Part shown: positions 27,201 to 36,409 of the stretch, one piece after another
Layout of the letters: each line of letters begins with the position of its first letter
Position numbering within the stretch: position 1 is the stretch's first letter
Source of the DNA: Bacteroidia bacterium
GTDB lineage: Bacteria; Bacteroidota; Bacteroidia; JAIBAJ01
Direction: 5' to 3'
Assembly: GCA_019695265.1 (NCBI GenBank)
Contig: JAIBAJ010000004.1
Coordinates: 402 to 64,401, forward strand
Length of the DNA stretch: 64,000 bases
Made by a program: the position numbers and the translations under genes
The notes under the pieces: generated by a model
Told to the model about the DNA's origin: nothing
The model's database searches: none
The model's input: only the letters and a program-made list of their open reading frames with translations

Positions 27201-27672
27201 ATTCCTGCTTCACCTGTATTCCCCATTCTTCTGTAGCATCTCTAAAGATAAAGTTACCCTGATTAATATAAAGCCTTAAACTGGAAGTGGTATCCACTTT
27301 TTGGATTTTTCTAATTCCAATGAATAAGTCAGGATAATTGTCATGATTTATATCGGCAACTGCACAGCTTAAACTCCCCGGAATAAATGGAAAATTTGGG
27401 ATTCTCTTTTCAAATTTCAACTTTCCAATATTTTGGTAGAATTGGTTTTCGGTGGCTCCAATAAAAAAAATATCGGATAAACCGTCTGCATCAAAATCAC
27501 CTACACCAACTCCTCCACCCTCAAATGCACCATCTGCAATTTCATTGTATCGGAATGAAATTCCGGTTTCTGATTCCGGTAATACGGTAAATAGGGAGGT
27601 TTGAGCCAACAGACTCGTGGTGCCGTTAAATAAGAGCAGCGCAAGAAGAGTCCAATGGAGTCGATTAATCAT
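24259..27672 (-). CDS. FG-GAP/VCBS repeat protein (second copy)
   Basis: Repeated DFDADGLSDIF, DINNDGLLDVV, DFDGDGDLDLV and DLDNDGDTDYI blocks. I prefer the ATG at 27672 (MINRLHWTLLALLLF) over the GTG at 27705. Confidence 0.75.
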   Translation of the reverse strand: MINRLHWTLLALLLFNGTTSLLAQTSLFTVLPESETGISFRYNEIADGAFEGGGVGVGDFDADGLSDIFFIGATENQFYQNIGKLKFEKRIPNFPFIPGSLSCAVADINHDNYPDLFIGIRKIQKVDTTSSLRLYINQGNFIFRDATEEWGIQVKQECSSISITNLNMDEFEDIVVSHWAYPTGNNTTGFTNALINIEKYNAQKQFTSDRILIGNGKTFEDQTQTYGLFSHTPTHTSYANFPADLTNDGYPDLYISSDFDEPDYIFTNNGQKLTETPELVTTTSFFSMGLDVADINNDGLLDVVVADMRPINNYRQKVFAFETPYTWNYLMQSKSDLLSKQVSRNVLNLNNGNTSFSEIGELSGIDATDWSWSPLIADFNNDGHKDIFITNGFSHPEYFLQDYVNYSDSTDPYNCSLMTKLKDFKFFNFLFLNNGNLGFTKLVPDSSFEMDSRGAAYADFDGDGDLDLVVNNAKNKSYLYRNNSESYKEKNYIRIHLKDSKHRSLLHSRVEIYVDGTIQMQEMQSSRGLFSSSETYFHFGLGQQNKIDSLTIKWPNGKVQIIRQPKPNQVLEINYMDLPSKAKVRNTQKEKPLFQPWSKFPKFVHHENEFHDFIYNPLLPHFYSVQGPALACGDLNQDGFEDVIMGGAANHPAQILFNQNDTAFHSFTIASILSDSSREDAGILVFDADKDGLNDIVITSGGFEFETSPTASKHTIHFNKGNGRFDRSDLCPSIQSSASCIIGNDFDQDGDIDLFLGGRVESQKFPTIPNSYLLINDNGNFRDVTDSLAIGLKKVGMVTSALWTDFNKDGFFDLIVVGEYMEIQFFQNQLGRKFQRIPGEEIIGQKTHGLWNSLMGADLDNDGDTDYILGNLGWNIRYKAEKGKPLELYANDFDNNGSIDVVTTYREKDKIYPIKQLNAYKTRISGLSKKYYRHSKFAEATLFDIFPKNKMDSAMHLVVEETSSCILFNENGHFQLKPLPVKAQFGPISGILVDDYDLDGNPDILLTGNFYANEVERGRYTAHKGLFLKGDGKGEFKCISTNSSGFLVEGDARSLISLEAKNKTLLLAGVNKDYLRTYSIGHTCQVINPSMTTKFAVFKLKNGLTRRIEFYLGSGYLSQISHKLKLPPYVLEYKLFE

Positions 27673-27884
27673 TGATTTTAGTCCACCAAATAATTTGGAG
27701 AACACAATAATAAGGAATCGAAGTTGAAAAAGTTAAACTTAGTTCGTTTTTTGTTTTCAAAGAATTACACTTAGGATTCAACAATAACAAATTGGGGAGA
27801 AAAATTCTGAAAATTTAATCTAATGTATATTGGCCTTGAAAAAAATCTCAAGTAGTTTTTAGGAATTAAACATGTAAAACAAAA

Positions 27885-30416
27885 TTACCTAAACAGATTT
27901 ACTTTGCCCAGGTAGGTATGTTTTTTGTCTGTGAAATCCAAGGTTCGGATAACGTAGCTGTAAACATCTTGCTGGGCAAAATCTCCGGTAGATACAACTA
28001 TTCCATCCCATCCATATTCTAAACTCTTGGATTTGAATACCTCTTCTCCCCAACGATTGAAGATTCTTATTTCATACTCTTTAACTCCTTCTCCTTTTGG
28101 CAAAAAAGTTGGGTTCCTTAAATCACCATCCGGAGTAAAGGTATTTGGAACATATAAGGAATAAAATGGGTACATACAAACGGTGCGTACAGCGGTATCT
28201 TCGCATCCATAGGTATTGGTAACGGTTTGCACAATATCATAACATTGGGTGTTGGAATATACATGAAATGGATTGGCTACGCTGGCACTTCCTCCGTCTC
28301 CAAATTGATAATTCCAAGAGTCGGCCCCACTGCTTTCGTCGGTAATAGTTACTGTATTATTTACAAAATCCAATTCGGTTGGAGCAGGCGTAAATGCTGC
28401 AATTGGACTTGGCAAAATGCTAATTAAGGAATCTTGGCTGAGTGTATCGGTGCAACCTTGATTGGTAGTAGCAATGAATAGGATTGAAAACTGTCCTTCT
28501 TCATTATAGGTATGAGGGACAATTTTTGCTGTATCTAAATTAGTTTGACCATCTCCAAAATCAAAGAAATAGTTGACAATTGTATTTTGTTGGGTACCTG
28601 GACTTGCAACCGAACTGGCAGTTGCATCAAAGGTGAAGATAGCCGGTAAACAAGAGTCGCCCCTTGAGTTTTGTGCAATAAACACGGCTATGGGGTTAGG
28701 ATAAACCGAATAAATCAAGGTGTCGGCATTGATACAACCGGAGTCGCTAATAGCTTGCAATATTACCGTGTAATCATTACCAGTCAAATAGGTGTGAGAT
28801 GTGTTTTGAGAAGAATCGATAGCAGAACCATCTCCGAAATCCCAAGCAAAACCTGCGATGTTTGAGCCAGAACCCGGACTCGAATTATTGATGAAAATAC
28901 TCTGATTTCCTTCGCAAACAGGGTTGGCAGAAAAATTTGCTACCGGACTTGGATTGACATAAACATCTAAGGTATTGGAGGCGGTACAATTGGCTGCTGT
29001 GGCTACTGTCAAGGTAACGGAATGATTGCCGGGCGTGGCAAAAGTATGGGTAGGATTTTGAATGGTTTGGTTGGGTGTTCCATCTCCAAAATCCCAGTCC
29101 CAGGTGGAAATACTACCTGTTGATACCGAACTTGCATCGGTAAGTTGGGTAGCATTTCCTTCACAAGCAAATCCGGATGTAAAATCGGCAAATGGTATAG
29201 GATTAACAGAGACTTGTTTGGTAACTGTACCTGAACAACCATTCGTTGTAGTTACATTTAAAATTACATTAAAGGTATTCGCAGAATTGTAGGTAAAACT
29301 AGGGTTTTGTAAATTGGAATGAGTGCTTGGAATTCCCGGTAAACCTTGGTTTTGATTGAAATTGTAGTCCCAGGAATTGATTGCGCCTGCTGCAGCAGAA
29401 GAAGTGCTGGCATCAGTAAAACTGATAGGAGAACCAACACAGGCTGGGTCCGGGGTAAACGTAAAATCGACGGTGGGTCCGGGGGTGATGGTAATGGGTA
29501 GGGTGTAAGATGCACCACATCCTCCTACATCATTTACATTCAGGGTAACATTATAGGTTCCTGCTGTTGCAAAGGTATGGGTTGGGTTTGAAACTCCACT
29601 TACTACCGGAGTGCCATCGCCAAAGTCCCAATCCCAGGTAGTAATGCTGCCTAAGTTAGATTGGCTGGCATCGGTGAATTGTACCGGAACCCCCGCACAA
29701 TTCGTTGCTGGCGAAAATGTGAAATTACTGGTGAGGGTAATACACATGGTTTGTTGGTTGTGATAATATCCTGTACCGCCTGTGAAGCCCCAATAAACAT
29801 TGGGAGAGCCACCAAAAATGGAATTGATAATATCTCCGGTGTAAGACGCTCTTAAGCTACCATCAAAGTATACTTTAAAATTAGTGGTTGCTGGATCCCA
29901 AACAATTCTTAAATTATGGCTAGCGCAGTCTTCTGCATTTCCTGAGCTTGGACTAGCCTGAATTGGCCCGGCCAAGGTATTTCCGGTGCTATGATCAGGA
30001 TCCCCGTTTTGAATAATTGCTATGTGATCATTTGCCGGATCGTAGGGGTTGTTTTGGTACGTATCCATTTCAACTACCAAAGAAGGACTTATACCCATAT
30101 ATCCCAAGCCATTCCCACCAACACCTTGATTGGTATTAATAGGTTGGAGAACGAAGGCCATACCGTCTGCACCTAAATCTGTACATCCCAAATTAACTGA
30201 AAAGGTAAAGTCAAATCCATTGTTCAGGCTAATCATGGTAGTATTCCAAACGGATCCAAATAAGGCAATACCATCCGGCGTAATTTCGTAGCAATTACAA
30301 CTGGTTTGAGAAGAATTCCCATTGATGGAAAATTGAGCCTTTACAGCCTGAAAGCTCATTAGAAATATGAAAAAAAACCAAGCTTTTCGGATTCTAAAAT
30401 TTAGCATTTCATTCAT
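27885..30416 (-). CDS. Surface adhesin-like protein: L-type lectin-like N-domain, multiple PKD repeats, T9SS type B (gliding-motility-associated) C-terminal domain
   Basis: Repeated WDWDFGDGTP...NPTHTFAT.G.Y.VTL PKD units. The C-terminus YVPNTFTPDGDLRNPTFLPKG...IFNRWGEEVF is the type B sorting domain. Confidence 0.8.
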   Translation of the reverse strand: MNEMLNFRIRKAWFFFIFLMSFQAVKAQFSINGNSSQTSCNCYEITPDGIALFGSVWNTTMISLNNGFDFTFSVNLGCTDLGADGMAFVLQPINTNQGVGGNGLGYMGISPSLVVEMDTYQNNPYDPANDHIAIIQNGDPDHSTGNTLAGPIQASPSSGNAEDCASHNLRIVWDPATTNFKVYFDGSLRASYTGDIINSIFGGSPNVYWGFTGGTGYYHNQQTMCITLTSNFTFSPATNCAGVPVQFTDASQSNLGSITTWDWDFGDGTPVVSGVSNPTHTFATAGTYNVTLNVNDVGGCGASYTLPITITPGPTVDFTFTPDPACVGSPISFTDASTSSAAAGAINSWDYNFNQNQGLPGIPSTHSNLQNPSFTYNSANTFNVILNVTTTNGCSGTVTKQVSVNPIPFADFTSGFACEGNATQLTDASSVSTGSISTWDWDFGDGTPNQTIQNPTHTFATPGNHSVTLTVATAANCTASNTLDVYVNPSPVANFSANPVCEGNQSIFINNSSPGSGSNIAGFAWDFGDGSAIDSSQNTSHTYLTGNDYTVILQAISDSGCINADTLIYSVYPNPIAVFIAQNSRGDSCLPAIFTFDATASSVASPGTQQNTIVNYFFDFGDGQTNLDTAKIVPHTYNEEGQFSILFIATTNQGCTDTLSQDSLISILPSPIAAFTPAPTELDFVNNTVTITDESSGADSWNYQFGDGGSASVANPFHVYSNTQCYDIVQTVTNTYGCEDTAVRTVCMYPFYSLYVPNTFTPDGDLRNPTFLPKGEGVKEYEIRIFNRWGEEVFKSKSLEYGWDGIVVSTGDFAQQDVYSYVIRTLDFTDKKHTYLGKVNLFR

Positions 30417-30638
30417 TTTCAGGCTGCAAAGATAAAATTAATGGCCCAATACAACTTTGGAATTTGCCAGTATTTTTTTAATCGATTTAATTTTTAAAAA
30501 AGGTAGTTTTCCTGGTATGGCTAAATCAGTTGAGCTATTAACAACAATTGGGACTAACTAACATAATTCCTAAAAAAATTGAAACTTCATTGTTGACCAT
30601 AGTATATCTTCGCCCACTAATTCATCAAAAAAAATACA

Positions 30639-31307
30639 ATGAAAAAATCAATCTTTTCGGTGCTTTTTTCTCTGATCGCCCTTGTTAGTTTCGGTCAATT
30701 CGAAGGTACCATTGTTTATGGAATTACCTTGCCTGATGCAGGAGGAGAAAATGCTAGTCTAATGGCCTCTATGATGCCATCCGAAGCCACTTTGCAGGTT
30801 GGTAAGACTAAATCTCGTGTCGAAATGAAAATGGGAATGGGGATAAAGAATGTTACTATAGTCGATAAAAAGTCAAAAGAGGTGGTTACCTTGATGGATA
30901 TTATGGGACAAAAAATGGCAATGACAATTTCTCCCGATGACATTAAAAAAGGTAGCAAAGAGGCTCCAAAATTTAAGTTGGTGACTTTAGATAAAGGTGA
31001 TCAGGTTGAAATTGCCGGATACAAATGTAAACACGCTATTTACGAAGATGAAAACGGTTCTCAGTTTGATGTGTATTATACAGAAGAATTTGGATCTGAA
31101 AATTACTCGGCTTCTACCGATAATCCATACAAAGATTTGAAAGGCCTTATGCTAAAGTATACCATTGCAGCTAAAGGTATGAAAATGACCATGACTGCTA
31201 AATCGGTTGTTAAAGAAAAAGTTGATGATTCGCGTTTTGTTATTCCTTCCGATTATAAACCGGTAACTCAGGAACAACTAATGAAAATGTACGGAGGTGG
31301 CCAATAA
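30639..31307 (+). CDS. Secreted hypothetical protein (possibly DUF4412-like)
   Basis: Signal peptide MKKSIFSVLFSLIALVSFGQ. The sequence is Lys/Met-rich. Family assignment is tentative. Confidence 0.4.
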   Translation: MKKSIFSVLFSLIALVSFGQFEGTIVYGITLPDAGGENASLMASMMPSEATLQVGKTKSRVEMKMGMGIKNVTIVDKKSKEVVTLMDIMGQKMAMTISPDDIKKGSKEAPKFKLVTLDKGDQVEIAGYKCKHAIYEDENGSQFDVYYTEEFGSENYSASTDNPYKDLKGLMLKYTIAAKGMKMTMTAKSVVKEKVDDSRFVIPSDYKPVTQEQLMKMYGGGQ

Positions 31308-31380
31308 TCCTTGTTGGAAGAATTTTCACTCCTTCTCTTAATTTAGTATAAAAAAATAACCGAACATTTTAGGTTCAACC

Positions 31381-31388
31381 TATTTTTG
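31381..31388 (+). promoter_or_regulatory. -7 box (TATTTTTG) overlapping the 5' arm of the following hairpin
   Basis: Exact TAnnTTTG, 36 nt upstream of the ATG at 31424. Confidence 0.35.
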
Positions 31389-31423
31389 CGCCACCAAGTC
31401 TAATTCTTGGTGGCGCTTTTTTT
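31388..31423 (+). terminator. Strong Rho-independent terminator ending directly at the next start codon
   Basis: A perfect 11-bp stem GCGCCACCAAG/CTTGGTGGCGC around a 7-nt loop, followed by T7 (31417-31423). The ATG of the next gene is at 31424. Confidence 0.75.
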
Positions 31424-32665
31424 ATGAATCAACTGATAGCCGAAAATTTACGTATTGCCATTCAAAGCATCAAAGGCCAGTTGTTGCGCTCAATTCTTAC
31501 TGTCCTTATTCTGGCCTTTGGAATTACTGCCCTGGTTGGCATTCGCACCGCTATTAACAGCATTGAAGGAAGCATTAGCTCCAACTTTACCAGCATGGGT
31601 GCCAATACCTTTACTATCCGGAACAGAGGAATGATGATCAGGATTGGTAAACAAGGGAAAAAAGCTAAAAAGTTCAGGGAAATCAGTTGGGATGAAGCCC
31701 GTCAGTTTGATGAACAATTTTCCTTCCCCGGGCAGGTAAGCATCTCTGCCCTGGCAAGTCAGGCTTCCTCTATTCGTTACAACTCCGCCAAAACAAACCC
31801 GAATATCACCATTTTTGGTTGCGACGATAATTATTTGGCTTCCAGTGGGTATGAATTGGAAAAAGGCAGGAATTTTTCACCAGCCGATTTGCAATATGGT
31901 ACCAATGTGGTTTTGCTCGGTAAAGAAGTGGCTTCCAAATTATTCCCGCTGAAGCAAGAGCCTGTCGATAAAATTATTTCCATTGGTACCGGTAAGTATA
32001 AGGTAATTGGGGTGTTAAAGGAAAAGGGTACCAGTATGGGATTTGGAGGGGACAAGGTTTGCCTGATTCCACTCAACAATTGCCGCCAAAAGTTTGGTAG
32101 AGATGGTATGAGTTATGTTCTGAATGTTTTAGTCGAGAATCAACAATTACTTGATGTAGGAGTGGAAGAAGCCAGAGGGATTTTTAGAAAAATCAGAAGG
32201 GTGAAATTGGGTTCGGAAGATAATTTCGATATTGTAAAAAGTGATAACCTTGCTCAATTGCTGATTGGTAACTTGCAATATGTTAATTGGGCCGCAACTT
32301 TAATTGGTGTCATAACTTTGTTGGGTGCAGCCATTGGGTTAATGAATATTATGTTGGTTTCGGTTTCAGAACGAACCCGAGAAATTGGGGTAAGAAAAGC
32401 AATTGGAGCGAATAATGATGCCATTCGGAATCAATTCCTTTTTGAAACGATTTTCATTTGCCAATTGGGTGGAATAACCGGAATCATTTTAGGGATTTTA
32501 GTTGGTAATCTGACCTCCTTTGCCCTGGGTGGTGGATTTGTAATCCCTTGGAATTGGATTGGGGGCGGATTGCTGATTTGCTTTGTGGTAGGTCTTGTAT
32601 CCGGAATTTATCCTGCACTTAAAGCATCCAAATTAGATCCCATAGAAGCATTACGTACCGAATAA
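31424..32665 (+). CDS. ABC transporter permease, FtsX/MacB family
   Basis: N-terminal TM ([20 protein letters not shown]), a large periplasmic domain, and a C-terminal FtsX block ([11 protein letters not shown]...[17 protein letters not shown]). Confidence 0.85.
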   Translation: MNQLIAENLRIAIQSIKGQLLRSILTVLILAFGITALVGIRTAINSIEGSISSNFTSMGANTFTIRNRGMMIRIGKQGKKAKKFREISWDEARQFDEQFSFPGQVSISALASQASSIRYNSAKTNPNITIFGCDDNYLASSGYELEKGRNFSPADLQYGTNVVLLGKEVASKLFPLKQEPVDKIISIGTGKYKVIGVLKEKGTSMGFGGDKVCLIPLNNCRQKFGRDGMSYVLNVLVENQQLLDVGVEEARGIFRKIRRVKLGSEDNFDIVKSDNLAQLLIGNLQYVNWAATLIGVITLLGAAIGLMNIMLVSVSERTREIGVRKAIGANNDAIRNQFLFETIFICQLGGITGIILGILVGNLTSFALGGGFVIPWNWIGGGLLICFVVGLVSGIYPALKASKLDPIEALRTE

Positions 32666-33549
32666 TGAGAAGTATTGCCATTACCGGAGCAAACGGCTTT
32701 ATTGGAAAGGCAATGGTGAATCATTTCCTGAATAAAAACTGGAAAGTTTTTGGACTTTGCCGAAATCCTGATCAACTCCAGATTTTTCACCCAAATTTTG
32801 TTTCAATTCCCTATAACCTCGAACAAGGTTTTCGGCCTGAAACTATTTCTGAACCTATTGATGCTATTTTGCATTTGGCTTTTCAACCCTATTCCTCAGC
32901 CTTTCCAAATGCCTATGAAGTAAACCTGAATGAAGTTAGAAATCTGCTTCGTATTGCCTCGGGAACTACCTTAAAATTAATCTACTTCTCCAGTATGTCG
33001 GCTCACCTGCAAGCCGAATCCATGTATGGAAAGCATAAGTTGGAGGCAGAAAAATTACTAGAAAATTCCAATGCCTTAATCCTTAAACCGGGTTTGGTCC
33101 TCGGAAACGGTGGTATGTTATTGAAAATACATGCTATGATGCAGAAACTGCCTATGGTTCCTTTAATTGATGGTGGAAAGCAGCCCGTTCAAACCATCGA
33201 TGTGAATGAATTGTGTGAAGCCTCCTACCGCTTGCTTGAGCAAAACAAGCAGGGTATTTGGTGCATGGCGGAAAGACATCCAACTACCATGCGAAATTTA
33301 TACTTTGCCATAGCTCAGGCAATGAATAAAAAAGTAATCTTTTTGCCTCTCCCGTATGCCTTGGTTTGGTTTCCTGCCTGGTTGGCCGATCGCTTGAAAA
33401 TTTCACTTCCAATTAACCTGGAAAATCTGTTGGGACTTAAAAAATTAACAAGCTTCGATACCTTTGTCACAGAAAACACAATAAAGTTTAACTTTGGCAG
33501 CATGAATGCCATCGTGGCAAAATACAAAGCCATTCTTCAACATGACTGA
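32665..33549 (+). CDS. NAD-dependent epimerase/dehydratase (SDR) family protein
   Basis: Rossmann motif ITGANGFIGKAMVNHF. Active-site-like YGKHK. 294 aa. Confidence 0.7.
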   Translation: MRSIAITGANGFIGKAMVNHFLNKNWKVFGLCRNPDQLQIFHPNFVSIPYNLEQGFRPETISEPIDAILHLAFQPYSSAFPNAYEVNLNEVRNLLRIASGTTLKLIYFSSMSAHLQAESMYGKHKLEAEKLLENSNALILKPGLVLGNGGMLLKIHAMMQKLPMVPLIDGGKQPVQTIDVNELCEASYRLLEQNKQGIWCMAERHPTTMRNLYFAIAQAMNKKVIFLPLPYALVWFPAWLADRLKISLPINLENLLGLKKLTSFDTFVTENTIKFNFGSMNAIVAKYKAILQHD

Positions 33550-33916
33550 AAAACAAACCGTCCTAACTAAAATTGTTCTTATTGCAATGGTTACCAGTAT
33601 TGTTCAATTGGTTTTGCCTTGGTGGAGTATTGCCATTGCTGCTTTTGGAGTTGAACAAATAGGTAAAAACCGTCCTGCTTATTCATTTTATGCCGGTTTT
33701 TATGGTATTTCCCTGGTTTGGATTCCTTATATGTTTTACATCGATCATAAAAATTCTCACATCTTAAGTCAACGAATTTGTAAATTGTTCTCCTTACCGG
33801 AATATCCAATTTTGCTCATGCTGGTGGCCGCCTTGTTGGGTGGTGGAATTGCCGGTTTGGCAGCCTTGTCGGGCAATTATTTCAAATCATTCTTTACCAA
33901 AAATGAAGTGGCTTGA
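33542..33916 (+). CDS. Small integral membrane protein, unknown function
   Basis: The start MTEKQTVL overlaps the upstream stop. There are three to four hydrophobic segments. Confidence 0.45.
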   Translation: MTEKQTVLTKIVLIAMVTSIVQLVLPWWSIAIAAFGVEQIGKNRPAYSFYAGFYGISLVWIPYMFYIDHKNSHILSQRICKLFSLPEYPILLMLVAALLGGGIAGLAALSGNYFKSFFTKNEVA

Positions 33917-34310
33917 GAGAGGCCTTGATTCGGAGTTCCATTTCCAAACTGCTCGTTCAGGAGGCAAAGGCGGTCAGCATGTTAACAAGGTAGAAACCAA
34001 GGTGGAGTTGTATTTCCACATCCAAAATTCACAACTTTTGGATGATACGGAAAAAACTATTTTGCTTCATAAACTTCAGAATAAGCTTAATCAGGAGGGG
34101 TTTGTCATTCTATCTTCCCAAAAATCGCGGAGTCAGCTGGCCAATAAAGAAGATGCGGTAAAGAAGTTTTTTGCCCTGCTGGAGAAGGCTTTTCAGAAGC
34201 CTAAGTTGCGTAAACCTACCCGGGTTCCGGCAGCAGTGGTTGCTAAACGGCTCGAAACTAAGAAGCATCGCAGCGAGGTAAAGAAAAATCGTCGACTTCC
34301 GGATTCTTAG
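33903..34310 (+). CDS. arfB: Alternative ribosome-rescue factor / peptidyl-tRNA hydrolase ArfB
   Basis: RSGGKGGQHVNKVETKVEL contains the GGQ motif. The tail is basic (KPKLRKPTRVP...KKHRSEVKKNRR). About 135 aa. Confidence 0.8.
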   Translation: MKWLERGLDSEFHFQTARSGGKGGQHVNKVETKVELYFHIQNSQLLDDTEKTILLHKLQNKLNQEGFVILSSQKSRSQLANKEDAVKKFFALLEKAFQKPKLRKPTRVPAAVVAKRLETKKHRSEVKKNRRLPDS

Positions 34311-34366
34311 TTGGATTTTTTAAACCAGATTCAGCAGCATCTTGTTGAGTGTGGTCAAGTTTATTT

Positions 34367-34517
34367 GGCGGGTCCCCGGCAACCCTCCCCGGCTTTTTTA
34401 TTTTATTTCGAACGGATATTAACCGGGTTGCCGCGTCGGGCTATTCGTTCCTAGTCCTCGTCCCCCTAGGCTAACGCCGTCGGGGTCCTGTGGGCTATCC
34501 ACTGCTATCCCTACCCG
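34367..34517 (+). repeat. GC-rich structured intergenic element, copy I-2 (type I), left member of a head-to-head pair
   Basis: GGCGGGTCC-CGGCAACCC...GGGTTGCCG...GGGCTATTCG...TCCTCGTCCCC...GTCCTGTGGGCTATCC...CTATCCCTACCCG. Lies 3' of arfB on the same strand. Confidence 0.9.
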
Positions 34518-34605
34518 GAAGTGTCGTGCAAACCCTGACTTTCGGCCTTTTAATTGTATGTTACCTGCAATTATTCAGGAAATGCATAACTGTTTGGGTT
34601 TGGGT

Positions 34606-34746
34606 CGGGCAACGATAGAGCCAAATAACCCACAGGATACCGCAGCCTTAGCGGAGGTAGCCGAGGATTATGGGCGATAGCGTGACCTTTTCGCATGCAC
34701 AATGTCTGTTGGTTGAGATAAATTTTATAGCGAAAAGGGGCCCGCA
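34606..34746 (-). repeat. GC-rich structured intergenic element, copy II-3 (type II), right member of a head-to-head pair
   Basis: The plus strand reads CGGGCAACGATAGAGCC...CCCACAGGATACCGCAGCCTTAGCGGAGG...GGGCGATAGCGTGACCTTTTCGC...GCGAAAAGGGGCCCGCA. Confidence 0.9.
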
Positions 34747-34981
34747 TAAAAATTATCCTAGAAGCTAACTACCTACAAAGAATGATTTTGTTCATGAAAG
34801 CAAATCCAAAAAAGACGCTTACAGGTTTGAAAACCCTTGTCGGAACTAAACCATTGCAACTGAAAATAGTCGAAACACCATAAATTGGACAAGATGATTA
34901 AAGTCAGGATTGGTTGATATGTAACAATTGTAACCTTAATTTTGGTGGAGTAGACTCACTTTTGCTGAAAAATTATTTCAA

Positions 34982-36406
34982 ATGAAAATCGAACAAATTT
35001 ATACCGGCTGTTTGGCGCATGGAGCGTATTATCTCGAAAGCAATGGCGAAGCAGCAATTATTGATCCTTTGCGAGATGTTGAACCTTATATTGCCATGGC
35101 AAAGGAACGCGGGGCAACTATAAAATACATTTTCGAGACCCATTTTCATGCAGATTTTGTATCGGGTCATGTGGAATTATCGAAGAAAACCGGGGCAACT
35201 ATTGTGTATGGACCAACCAAAATGGAAACTGGTTTTGATTGCTTAAAAGGAGCAGATAATCAATTGTTTAAGTTGGGAAATGCTACCATTAAGCTGATTC
35301 ACACACCCGGACATACCATGGAAAGTTCATGCTTTTTGTTGATGGATGAAACCGGAAAGGAAACTGCTATTTTTACAGGAGATACAGTGTTTATTAATGA
35401 TGTTGGTCGTCCGGATTTGGCACAACATGTTATTGCTGATTTAACTCAGGAAAAGCTTGCCTCGCACCTGTACGACAGCATTCACACTAAAATTTTACCA
35501 TTGTCGGATGAGTTAATTGTTTATCCGGGACATGGAGCCGGAAGTGCCTGCGGTAAAAATTTGGGTAAAGAAACGTTTGACACACTTGGTCATCAGAAAA
35601 AAGTAAATTATGCCTTAAATCCGGAATTAAGCAGGGAAGAATTTATGACTGAATTGTTATCCGGATTGACGACTCCTCCGGGTTACTTTCCACAGAATGT
35701 TTTAAAAAACATAAGGGGATACGATGGCCTGGATGCCATAATGGAGCAGGGGATGAAAATGATAGGTGTTGAGGAGTTTGAAAAATTGGCTCAGGATAAG
35801 GAAGTGGTTTTGATTGATACCCGCAAGGCTATGGATTTTTCGAAAGGATATATTCCGGGGGCGATTAATATTGGTGTGGAAGGAAGTTTTGCGGTATGGG
35901 TTGGAACATTGGTTCCTGATTTGCACCAACGAATTTTGTTGGTGGCTGATGAAGGAAAAGAGCAGGAAGTTATTACGAGGTTGGCCAGGGTGGGATACGA
36001 TAATCCGATAGGCTTTTTGGAAGGAGGAATGAAGGCTTGGGAAAAGGCAGGTAAACCTATGGAAACCGTTTCATCCATTACTGCCGATGAGTTTGCCGGT
36101 TTGCTGCAAAGTAATCCTGATTTGGACGTGCTGGATGTAAGGAAGAAAAGCGAATACGATTCAGAACATATCCTGCAGGCCATTAATGCACCATTGGACT
36201 ATTTTGAAAAACAATTAGAAAAAATCGAACAAAATAAAACCTATTTCGTTCATTGTGCCGGCGGTTATCGTTCCATGGTTTTCATTTCATTGTTGCGTAA
36301 AAGAGGATACGATCAATTCGTTGATGTACAAGGTGGAATAACAGCAATAAAGAAAACGGGACGGGTAAGTTTAACCGATTATGTTTGTCCAACAACGATG
36401 TTATAA
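34982..36406 (+). CDS. MBL-fold persulfide-dioxygenase-like hydrolase fused to two rhodanese domains
   Basis: ETHFHADFVSGH metal-binding motif. The C-terminal half contains rhodanese-like blocks, including HCAGGYRS (active-site Cys loop). Confidence 0.75.
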   Translation: MKIEQIYTGCLAHGAYYLESNGEAAIIDPLRDVEPYIAMAKERGATIKYIFETHFHADFVSGHVELSKKTGATIVYGPTKMETGFDCLKGADNQLFKLGNATIKLIHTPGHTMESSCFLLMDETGKETAIFTGDTVFINDVGRPDLAQHVIADLTQEKLASHLYDSIHTKILPLSDELIVYPGHGAGSACGKNLGKETFDTLGHQKKVNYALNPELSREEFMTELLSGLTTPPGYFPQNVLKNIRGYDGLDAIMEQGMKMIGVEEFEKLAQDKEVVLIDTRKAMDFSKGYIPGAINIGVEGSFAVWVGTLVPDLHQRILLVADEGKEQEVITRLARVGYDNPIGFLEGGMKAWEKAGKPMETVSSITADEFAGLLQSNPDLDVLDVRKKSEYDSEHILQAINAPLDYFEKQLEKIEQNKTYFVHCAGGYRSMVFISLLRKRGYDQFVDVQGGITAIKKTGRVSLTDYVCPTTML

Positions 36407-36409
36407 TTT

